From a virus (taxonomy: Duplodnaviria; Caudoviricetes): a stretch of DNA of 64,000 bases. The notes under the pieces are model-generated. The model saw nothing but the letters and a program-made list of their open reading frames with translations, did not search any database and was not told the origin of the DNA. Below, in pieces: positions 17,929-24,814 of the stretch. Each line of letters starts with the position of its first letter. Position 1 is the stretch's first letter. The stretch spans positions 4,702-68,701 of the IMG/VR virus record IMGVR_UViG_3300044719_000205; one strand, written 5' to 3'. The position numbers were made by a program, and so were the translations under genes.

Positions 17929-18356
17929 TGGCGAAGCCCGAGAACCAGTTCATCTCGGGCGTCCACAAGTACCTGCCTTCGATCGGGGTGCTCCATCGCG
18001 AGAAGATGGCGAACCCCTATCGGGGCGGGACGGCGGACTGGTGGTACTCAGGCCGTGGCAAAAAGAGCCGCGATCTGTGGATCGAATGGAAGTTCTTACA
18101 GCGGGTCCCCGTCAAGGTAGGGATTGATCTAGTATCGAAGGGCGACATCATCAGCCCACTGCAGAGGCAGTGGCTGCGCAACCGGCACGAAGAGGGGCGC
18201 AATGTCTGGGTCGGCGTGGGTTGCGCCGACGGTGGAGTCTTACTTCGATCTATGGCATGGGAGTTGCTGATCAACCCACAAGCCTTTCGAGATCAACTCG
18301 TAGATCGTCGAACTCTCGCCCAGCAGATCGAATCTTTTACCCTCGGAGGCCCATGA
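17928..18356 (+). CDS. VRR-NUC / Holliday-junction resolvase-like PD-(D/E)XK nuclease
   Basis: E..F, G.AD, WIEWK, SPLQ..W...R...G..V.V. Confidence 0.65.
   Translation: MAKPENQFISGVHKYLPSIGVLHREKMANPYRGGTADWWYSGRGKKSRDLWIEWKFLQRVPVKVGIDLVSKGDIISPLQRQWLRNRHEEGRNVWVGVGCADGGVLLRSMAWELLINPQAFRDQLVDRRTLAQQIESFTLGGP
18236..18250. promoter_or_regulatory. Operator-like site inside the nuclease gene (AGTCTTA-C-TTCGATC)
   Basis: Motif copy about 100 bp upstream of 18353; local codon use turns atypical. Confidence 0.4.
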
Positions 18357-18571
18357 ACTTCCAACCCTTGTTCACCACCGCGCGTGTGATGCGCGCGGTC
18401 TACCAGATCGCAACGACATCGTTGTTGCTGGTCTACTTGGTTCGACGCGGCACGAGTGACACGAATGGACGAGAAGTACATCGAGATGGCTGGGGAGATC
18501 AGCGAGGCAGAAGTCGCCGCCGCTCGATCGAAGCTACAGAGGGCTGCACAGGTGCGTCCCGAAGACTTTGA
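18353..18571 (+). CDS. Small protein with a hydrophobic N-terminal segment
   Basis: GGAGG SD, ATGA overlap; ...YQIATTSLLLVYLVRR. Confidence 0.45.
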   Translation: MNFQPLFTTARVMRAVYQIATTSLLLVYLVRRGTSDTNGREVHRDGWGDQRGRSRRRSIEATEGCTGASRRL

Positions 18572-18689
18572 CGGACGTTGTGAGTGCGGGGAGGCAGTGC
18601 CCGAGAAGCGAATAGCTCTCGGATTCTTCAACTGCGTGCCTTGTCAGGAAGCAAAGGAACGGCGAGGCCGCATCTACAAAGCGGACTGA
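18465..18689 (+). CDS. TraR/DksA-family C4 zinc-finger protein
   Basis: C.CGE.VP.KR......CV.CQ pattern with an acidic N-terminal helix. Confidence 0.7.
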   Translation: MDEKYIEMAGEISEAEVAAARSKLQRAAQVRPEDFDGRCECGEAVPEKRIALGFFNCVPCQEAKERRGRIYKAD

Positions 18690-18692
18690 ATC

Positions 18693-19133
18693 ATGCCCAG
18701 GAGCGAGCAAGGACTGTTTCAAGCTCTGGAACAAGAGCTGAAGCAGAGCAAGGAACCCATGGACTGTCACATGCTGTTCGAGCGGGAGTCGGTGCGCCAG
18801 TTTGCGCAAACCGTCAACCGGGTCTCGGATTACCTCGGCGGCTTGTGGCGTAAAGGCAAGGTCGTGCGCTTGGCAGCACCACGTGTCGACAACTCGCGCT
18901 CGCGCTGGATGTACCAGTGGAAGGACACGCGTCGCCGACACACCAACGACGCAGCGCTGCATGTCGTGGCACCGACACCGGCGTCGTCGAAGCCGGAAGC
19001 TGCCGCAGTCCGCATGGCGCGTCCGATCTTGCAGAAACAGAGGATCGAGATCACCGAGGACGGCGAGGTGGTCACGATCGAGCTTCCGAACGCGACCATT
19101 GTCATCCGACCAAAGGCAGCAAGCGTCACCTGA
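18693..19133 (+). CDS. Putative winged-helix DNA-binding protein
   Basis: L.Q.L......M....L......VSDYL..LWR.G.V.R pattern. Confidence 0.5.
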   Translation: MPRSEQGLFQALEQELKQSKEPMDCHMLFERESVRQFAQTVNRVSDYLGGLWRKGKVVRLAAPRVDNSRSRWMYQWKDTRRRHTNDAALHVVAPTPASSKPEAAAVRMARPILQKQRIEITEDGEVVTIELPNATIVIRPKAASVT

Positions 19134-19146
19134 GCTTTCTTTCAAC

Positions 19147-19332
19147 CTGCTCGGCAAGGATTACCTGACTGAGCAAGAGGCGGCACACTACTGCTGTGTG
19201 TCGCTTTCTCAATTCCGCAAACGCATGGCTGAGTTCTCCATCGTGCCTGGAGTGTTCATGGGCAAGAAGGTGTACCGCCGTGCAGACCTGTCCAAAGCGA
19301 TGGAGCGATCGTGGCTACTGTACGAGCAGTAG
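19147..19332 (+). CDS. Excisionase-like HTH protein (no canonical start; start approximate)
   Basis: YLT..EAA.Y..VS...F............KVYRR.DL pattern, directly upstream of int. Confidence 0.6.
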   Translation: MLGKDYLTEQEAAHYCCVSLSQFRKRMAEFSIVPGVFMGKKVYRRADLSKAMERSWLLYEQ

Positions 19333-20318
19333 ACAAGGCCTGGGTGCTGTCCTGGGTGCAGAATGGCAAGCAGCGCCGCAAGGTCGTGGGCCGGCTCACC
19401 ACCATGAGCAAGCGCGAGGCTGAACTGGTGCGCAAGGCCAAGGAGCTGGAGCTTGCCACCGGCAAGAAGCTCCTGAATGTCTCTGTGCGCTCGATCCTCT
19501 GGACCACGTTCTGCGATCAGTACCTTGACTGGAGAGTGCGCGAATTCCCGTCGTCCGCGGTGCAGGTCAAGAGCCTAGTGGATGGGCACCTTCGCCCGAA
19601 GTTCGAACATCTAACGTTGGATCGAATCACCAGCGATTCGATCGAAGAATACAAGGCCGAGCGGCTCGAGGAAGTGCGCGCAGCGACAGTGGTGAAGGAA
19701 CTCAACACCCTGCGCGCGATGTTCGAATACGCGATCACCAAGAAGCTGGTGCAGGTCAACCCGGGCCGGGTCATTCCGAACCCGCAGCTGCTCAACAGCG
19801 TGCCGCGCGAGTTCTACACGCTGGAGCAGCTGAAGCAGCTCTACGCCGCCGAGATCAACGCCGGCTACGACGCGATGTGGAAGCTCTTCGCCAACACCGG
19901 CATGCGCCGCAAGGAAGGGCTGCAGCTGAAGTGGACGCACGTGACGGCGAAGTCGATCCGCATCCTGTCGACTGAGGAGGCGCGCACCAAGAGCGCGAAG
20001 TGGCGCGAGGTGCCGCTCACCGAGTCGGGCATCGAGGCGCTGATGAAACTGCGCGTGTACAACCAGAACGAGTTCGTGCTGCCGCGCATGGAGCTGTCGA
20101 GCCTGTCGCGGGCGTTCACGCGCACCGCCAAACGCGCGCTGCTGCCGGGCTCGATCCACTGGTTGCGCCACACGTTCATCAGCCACCTCGTAATGGCCGG
20201 GCGGCCGCTGCGCACCGTGCAGGTGCTCGCCGGGCATAGCACGATCGCGGTGACGGAGAAGTACGCGCACCTCGCGCCGGACTACATGGCAGACGTGATG
20301 AAGGGAATCAATCTGTGA
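19311..20318 (+). CDS. int: Tyrosine recombinase (phage integrase)
   Basis: Catalytic R (TGMRRKE), K (TKS), HxxR (HWLRH), H (LAGH), Y (TEKYAH). Confidence 0.92.
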   Translation: MATVRAVDKAWVLSWVQNGKQRRKVVGRLTTMSKREAELVRKAKELELATGKKLLNVSVRSILWTTFCDQYLDWRVREFPSSAVQVKSLVDGHLRPKFEHLTLDRITSDSIEEYKAERLEEVRAATVVKELNTLRAMFEYAITKKLVQVNPGRVIPNPQLLNSVPREFYTLEQLKQLYAAEINAGYDAMWKLFANTGMRRKEGLQLKWTHVTAKSIRILSTEEARTKSAKWREVPLTESGIEALMKLRVYNQNEFVLPRMELSSLSRAFTRTAKRALLPGSIHWLRHTFISHLVMAGRPLRTVQVLAGHSTIAVTEKYAHLAPDYMADVMKGINL

Positions 20319-20590
20319 GCGAGCTATCGGACACCCAGCGCAAGCTACGCGAGTTGGGTTGGCAGCGTTGGGACTACGATCGCGCCCGCATGGAAGGCTG
20401 GCGCCTGGATGCGTTGTGGGGCGGTCGAGGCCGTGTGCTCGTTGCCCGCCACACCCACATCCCCGGCGACGTATCGCGCTTCGGATCTCGCAAGGAAGCT
20501 GAGGCTCACGTGATGAAGAAGGCGTCTGAAGGCTCGCAACTGCACATGCACGCGCTCGCCATCATCGCCAAAGCGAGGCTCTTGAAATGA
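20315..20590 (+). CDS. Small protein with RL tag
   Basis: Ends ASEGSQLHMHALAIIAKARLLK. Confidence 0.7.
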   Translation: MSELSDTQRKLRELGWQRWDYDRARMEGWRLDALWGGRGRVLVARHTHIPGDVSRFGSRKEAEAHVMKKASEGSQLHMHALAIIAKARLLK

Positions 20591-20832
20591 CGCTCACCGA
20601 CGAGCAAAAGAAGCTGGCCGCGGCCGAAGGCTGGGGTCTCTTCAATGTGATCGAGAACGGGTCCAACGTGGTCTCGCTGCGCATCCTGGCCGACGGCAAG
20701 CTCAAGCATGCGCCGGCTGCTGAGGCACTCGTACTCGCGCAGGCCAAGAAGAACTCTCGCCTGCACATCGATGTGCTCAAGGCGGTGATGCTGGACCGCG
20801 CCGCCGCGGGGATGAAGGGGAAACGGAGATGA
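20587..20832 (+). CDS. Small protein, partly similar to the 20315 protein
   Basis: AAEGW at the N-terminus and AEA.V...A...S.LH...L..., as in its neighbour. Confidence 0.7.
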   Translation: MTLTDEQKKLAAAEGWGLFNVIENGSNVVSLRILADGKLKHAPAAEALVLAQAKKNSRLHIDVLKAVMLDRAAAGMKGKRR

Positions 20833-21101
20833 CGTTCGACGAAGCCAAAGCCGAGTTCATGACTGCGGTGCGCGGGTTGAGCCCACACTCGGTCGCTGTT
20901 GCCCTCGGCGAGTTCACGTTCGGCGTCAACTGGCGGCGATGCCCGAAGGGGCACATGGCCGAGCAGTACGCACGCGCCGTCGTCGGTGGTCCGAAGTACA
21001 TCCCCTCGCACCCGCGGCTTGCGTACATCGACCTACAGCGGCTTGCGCGCGTTGCCCGCGCCTGGGAGAACAAGGAACCGATGTGGAGGCACACCGAGTA
21101 G
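20829..21101 (+). CDS. Hypothetical protein
   Basis: ATGA-coupled with GGAG SD. Confidence 0.65.
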   Translation: MTFDEAKAEFMTAVRGLSPHSVAVALGEFTFGVNWRRCPKGHMAEQYARAVVGGPKYIPSHPRLAYIDLQRLARVARAWENKEPMWRHTE

Positions 21102-21126
21102 TCGCTGCTATTTTTCTGCTATTTCC

Positions 21127-21154
21127 GTACCAAACAGTACCACTCAGTACCACT
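21127..21154 (+). repeat. Probable integrase arm-type sites
   Basis: GTACCA x3 at 10-bp period; CAGTACCACT x2, about 27 bp from the att core. Confidence 0.55.
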
Positions 21155-21181
21155 CCCTGCTTTTCCAAGTGCTTGATTCGG

Positions 21182-21227
21182 TGGCGTCCCCAAGGGGATT
21201 CGAACCCCTGTACTCACCGTGAAAGGG
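21182..21227 (-). mobile_element. attP core = 3' half of tRNA-Glu(UUC)
   Basis: Minus strand CC-CTTTCAC-GGTGAGTAC-AGGGG-TTCGAAT-CCCCT-TGGGGAC-GCCA: anticodon loop, T arm, acceptor strand and CCA are present; no D arm or 5' half. Confidence 0.85.
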
Positions 21228-21283
21228 CGCGCGTAGCGCCTTGAGGATCAAGACCTTGGAGGGGCAGCTGCTAGAAAGCTGCT

Positions 21284-22192
21284 ATGTCCTTCAAGCCGAT
21301 GCTCGCCGCCGCAGCCGATCTCGAGAAGCTGCGCTTCCCACTCTACGCCTCACCGAAGCTCGACGGCATCCGTGCCATCGTGCGCGACGGCGTGGTCCTC
21401 TCCCGCACGCTCAAGCCGATCCCGAACGCGCACGTGCAGCGCGTTTTCGGCAATCAGGCCTACAACGGCGTCGATGGTGAGCTGATCGTCGGGCCGCCCA
21501 CCAGCAAGACCGTCTACCAGGACACCGTCAGTGGCGTCATGAGCCGCGACGGCGAACCCGACGTGACGTTCTATGCGTTCGACTATCTGCCCACCGACGG
21601 CTGGACCGAGTACCCGTGGCTGCATCGCTTCACGGAGCTGAAGCGGCGCATCAACTACGTGCTCATCGAGCCGCTGGACCACTGGGAGATCACGAACCAC
21701 GGCGGGCTTTTCGGGACCGAGGAGAAGGTCATCGAGCGCGGCTACGAAGGCCTGATCCTGCGCCATCCACAGGCGACGTACAAGTTCGGCCGCAGCACCG
21801 TCAACGAGGGCTACCTGCTCAAGCTCAAGCGCTTCCAGGACAGCGACGCGATCGTGCTCGACGTGATCGAGGAGATGTTCAACGGCAACGAGGCGACCAA
21901 GGACGAGCTTGGTAGGACCAAGCGCTCCAGCGCCAAGGCCGGCAAGGTCGGCAAGGGCACGATGGGCGCGCTCAAGGTGATGGACATCCACACCGGTGTC
22001 GAATTCGAGTGCGGTGCGGGCTTCACAGCCGAGCAGCGCGCGAAGTTCTACACGGACCCGCCGAAGCTCATCAAGTACAAGTTCTTCCCGATCGGCGTCA
22101 AGGACAAGCCGCGGCACCCGGTGTTCCTCGGTGCGCGTGATCCGAGTGATGTCGAGTTGAGCACGGCGATGCGTACGAGGCTGCGGAAATGA
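21284..22192 (+). CDS. lig: ATP-dependent DNA ligase (minimal type)
   Basis: Motif I SPKLDGIR, DGEL, YAFD, EGLILR, LLKLK, C-terminal PRHPVF. Confidence 0.9.
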   Translation: MSFKPMLAAAADLEKLRFPLYASPKLDGIRAIVRDGVVLSRTLKPIPNAHVQRVFGNQAYNGVDGELIVGPPTSKTVYQDTVSGVMSRDGEPDVTFYAFDYLPTDGWTEYPWLHRFTELKRRINYVLIEPLDHWEITNHGGLFGTEEKVIERGYEGLILRHPQATYKFGRSTVNEGYLLKLKRFQDSDAIVLDVIEEMFNGNEATKDELGRTKRSSAKAGKVGKGTMGALKVMDIHTGVEFECGAGFTAEQRAKFYTDPPKLIKYKFFPIGVKDKPRHPVFLGARDPSDVELSTAMRTRLRK

Positions 22193-22464
22193 GCAAGACC
22201 GAACAGATTGAGCTTGAGTTCGAGCGCCAGCTTGGCATCGGCTCTTACCGCACGCTGCACTGGGGCGGTCTCCGCTTGGCCTCTGGTACCGCGGGGGCGA
22301 TCTGGACGTTCTTCACCTACCTGCGCGCCATATTCGGGGCCATGGACGGCTCTGGCTACCTGATGGCGATCTTCTCGCTCGCTGCGATGTGCGTGTGCTG
22401 GTACGCCGAACGGCGCCACCAGCGGTGCGTCGCCGAGGACGTGAAAGCGAGGCTGCTGTCGTGA
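22189..22464 (+). CDS. Small two-TM membrane protein with RL tag
   Basis: Two hydrophobic segments; ends AEDVKARLLS. Confidence 0.7.
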   Translation: MSKTEQIELEFERQLGIGSYRTLHWGGLRLASGTAGAIWTFFTYLRAIFGAMDGSGYLMAIFSLAAMCVCWYAERRHQRCVAEDVKARLLS

Positions 22465-22649
22465 ACATCTCCCGCATCATCAAAGAGCGCCTTCTCGGGA
22501 GCAAAGGTCCGTCGATCATCGACAAGGCGCCCGAAGGTCTGTACGTGCGCATCGACTACATGGCGTTTGATGGCAAGACGTTGCAACTGCTCAACGGGAG
22601 CCACGTCATAAAGACCTACGACATCCGCTTCGTACCGGGGACGTGGTGA
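22461..22649 (+). CDS. Small protein, RL motif near the N-terminus
   Basis: GTGA start; SRIIKERLLGSK. Confidence 0.6.
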   Translation: MNISRIIKERLLGSKGPSIIDKAPEGLYVRIDYMAFDGKTLQLLNGSHVIKTYDIRFVPGTW

Positions 22650-22689
22650 ACATCTGTTTCGACGACTGCTTCATGAAGGTGAACCTCGA

Positions 22690-22977
22690 ATGACCGCCGT
22701 CCCGATCGTCACCCACGTCGCCGGCGCGACTGACGAATACCTCTACCCTGCCCTCGGCGACCCGAAGCCGCCGGGCGGGGCCAAGGTCCTGCTGCTCACC
22801 AAGGGCGGCATCTGCGTGACGGGTCCCTGGACCGGGGACTCGTTCTATCTCGGCTGGGCACCGATGCCCAAGCGCAACAAGGAAAAGGAAGCACTGCTCC
22901 ATGAACCGCATCACCAAGCCGCAGCTGGTCGACATGCTGACCCTGCAGAACACCCTCAATCAGCTGGTCAACCCTGA
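22690..22977 (+). CDS. Conserved small phage protein (DUF551-like)
   Basis: P.G.KVLLL..GG....G.W......W.PMPK. Confidence 0.65.
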   Translation: MTAVPIVTHVAGATDEYLYPALGDPKPPGGAKVLLLTKGGICVTGPWTGDSFYLGWAPMPKRNKEKEALLHEPHHQAAAGRHADPAEHPQSAGQP

Positions 22978-23590
22978 CTGGCTCGCTGCCAACTACGCCT
23001 GGGCTCGCGCCATCCGCGTCGAGTGCGCGGAGCTGAGCGACCACCTCGGCTGGAAGTGGTGGAAGAAGCAGGAGCCCAACCTCCCGCAGGCCCAGATCGA
23101 GATGGTCGACATCTGGCACTTCATGCTCTCGCACACGCTCAACGGCGCGGCGCAGGGCGACGCCGGCAAGGCCGCCGACGAGATCCTGAACAACCTCGTC
23201 GAGGCCGACGGCGAGCCCGGCCCGATCATCCCGATCGCCAATCGCGTGTTCGTGCTCAACCAGATGACGATGCACGAGCGCGTCGACCTCATGGGCGCGC
23301 TCGCTGGCCTGGGCTACAGCTTCCCGGCGGTGTTCGAGCGCCTGATGGCGGACGTGGGCCTCACCTGGGAGACGCTGCACAAGCAGTACGTCGCCAAGAA
23401 CGTGCTCAACATCTTCCGCCAGCGCAACGGCTACAAGGACGGCACGTACATCAAGGACTGGCACGGCGAGGAGGACAACGTCCACCTCGAGCGTTTCATG
23501 GTGACGTTCCCCGACGACACGCCGGAGCAGCTGCTCGACCGCCTGGGCTATGCGTACGGCGAGGTCCTCGTCGGGAGGACCATGGCATGA
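22901..23590 (+). CDS. dut: Dimeric (all-alpha) dUTPase
   Basis: E..EL.DH.GWKWWKK, E.VDIWHF, KN.LN.FRQ..GYK.G.Y.K.W.G.EDN. Confidence 0.88.
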   Translation: MNRITKPQLVDMLTLQNTLNQLVNPDWLAANYAWARAIRVECAELSDHLGWKWWKKQEPNLPQAQIEMVDIWHFMLSHTLNGAAQGDAGKAADEILNNLVEADGEPGPIIPIANRVFVLNQMTMHERVDLMGALAGLGYSFPAVFERLMADVGLTWETLHKQYVAKNVLNIFRQRNGYKDGTYIKDWHGEEDNVHLERFMVTFPDDTPEQLLDRLGYAYGEVLVGRTMA

Positions 23591-23865
23591 AGATCTACCG
23601 CCGCCGCTACACCGGCGAGCCGTTCGCCGAGAGCGCGCCGATCTACACGCCCGTGTACTTCGGCACCAAGGACGAGGCACACCGGCACGTCCGCGAGAAC
23701 GACAAGCAGTTCTGGAACGACCTCGTGATCGAGGAGATCACGGTGCGCGACGACAAGGTCGGCCTCATCGCCGCGCTCAACGGCGCGCCCGAGGTCGCTG
23801 AGCCCGCCAACCGCCGCTGGGGCATCACGAACCGCGGCGGCCTGCACGAGGAGGATGTGGAATGA
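23587..23865 (+). CDS. Hypothetical protein
   Basis: ATGA-coupled at both ends. Confidence 0.7.
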   Translation: MKIYRRRYTGEPFAESAPIYTPVYFGTKDEAHRHVRENDKQFWNDLVIEEITVRDDKVGLIAALNGAPEVAEPANRRWGITNRGGLHEEDVE

Positions 23866-24245
23866 AGACCGAAGGCGCGCGAGAAGTTGCGCGTGCCTTC
23901 CGTGAGGGACGTTGCCTGACCAAGGGCAACGCCCGCACGGACGGGACGACGTACTACCTCTTCGGCAATCCGATCGCCCGCATCGGGTCGCACGACACGG
24001 TCGAGCAGGTGAAGAGCCGGCTCGTTGGTGGCAACGACAAGCTGCTGCACCTGTCGTGGGCCGGCTGGGTGACCAAGAGCACCGAGCGGCACCTGAACAC
24101 CATCCTCGAGGTCTTCTGGCGGCGGCCCTGCGCGTGGTGCGCTCACCCGCACGCGAACCCGACGCCGCACTGGACGCGCGATGTTGCCGACGACATCGAG
24201 GCCGACCCGCACCGCTGGTACCCGATCACGGAGCTTGTTGCATGA
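23862..24245 (+). CDS. Hypothetical protein, internal RL motif
   Basis: GAGGAGG SD; VEQVKSRLVGG. Confidence 0.7.
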   Translation: MKTEGAREVARAFREGRCLTKGNARTDGTTYYLFGNPIARIGSHDTVEQVKSRLVGGNDKLLHLSWAGWVTKSTERHLNTILEVFWRRPCAWCAHPHANPTPHWTRDVADDIEADPHRWYPITELVA

Positions 24246-24547
24246 ACGTCGAAGCCACCACCGATCTCGTGCGCGCCGTCACGGCGCGCCTCAAGGACGA
24301 GCCGCAGACCGTGTGGCTCCTTCACACGCAGACGAAGCATGGCGAAGACATTGAGGTATTCGCCACCGAGGCCGCCGCACGCGAAGAGGCGATCCGCTGG
24401 TGGAGCAAGGACGTGATGGACGGCGACGAAGCGGAAGACGACCCGTACCGCAAAGCGCTGGAGGAATTCGTCAACGGCGACGACTCGGCCGGGGTCGACG
24501 GCACGGACTACTGGATGCGCGTCGTAGAGCGCATCGTGAGGACCTGA
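24242..24547 (+). CDS. Acidic hypothetical protein, N-terminal RL motif
   Basis: ATGA start; LVRAVTARLKDE. Confidence 0.7.
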   Translation: MNVEATTDLVRAVTARLKDEPQTVWLLHTQTKHGEDIEVFATEAAAREEAIRWWSKDVMDGDEAEDDPYRKALEEFVNGDDSAGVDGTDYWMRVVERIVRT

Positions 24548-24566
24548 CGGTCCTCTTTTTCTTTTT
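24538..24566 (+). terminator. Rho-independent terminator of the early arm
   Basis: GAGGACC-TGAC-GGTCCTC followed by TTTTTCTTTTT. Confidence 0.85.
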
Positions 24567-24629
24567 GCTGAGTGCAGCACTGGGCGACTCTTTTTAGCGT
24601 CGCGGCGAAGAGCCCCGAACTGTGCAGCA

Positions 24630-24810
24630 CACCTCCTTCCAACTTCCGCTTCCAAAGCGACTTTCTTCTCTTCATCCTTTATATAGGTACTACTTACATT
24701 CTTGTTTTCTTTCTAGAAGAAGAGAAGAATGGAATGGAAGAATGGAAGAGCTAGTAACCACGCGGGTTAGCGGCCGATTTGGTCCTTCCAACTTCCACTC
24801 CTAGATCGTA
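24630..24810. other. Candidate replication origin at the convergence of the two arms
   Basis: AT-rich core 24678-24715 flanked by CTTCC units on the left and TGGAA units on the right; 11-bp inverted repeat 24663-24673/24719-24729. Confidence 0.4.
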
Positions 24811-24814
24811 ATTC

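Noticed and set aside
19600-19650. Operator copy inside int
   Set aside because: Only half-sites, or a 2-bp spacer; could be chance.
21182-21260. Complete tRNA-Glu gene
   Set aside because: No D arm or 5' acceptor strand, and the 5' anticodon-stem strand is mismatched; it is an att core.
683-22464. RL tag explained purely as a by-product of GAGG SD plus ATGA overlap
   Set aside because: It contributes in the AGG cases, but seven C-terminal and most internal copies use CGN or AGA codons, and RL is kept when the SD lies in downstream codons or no overlap exists.
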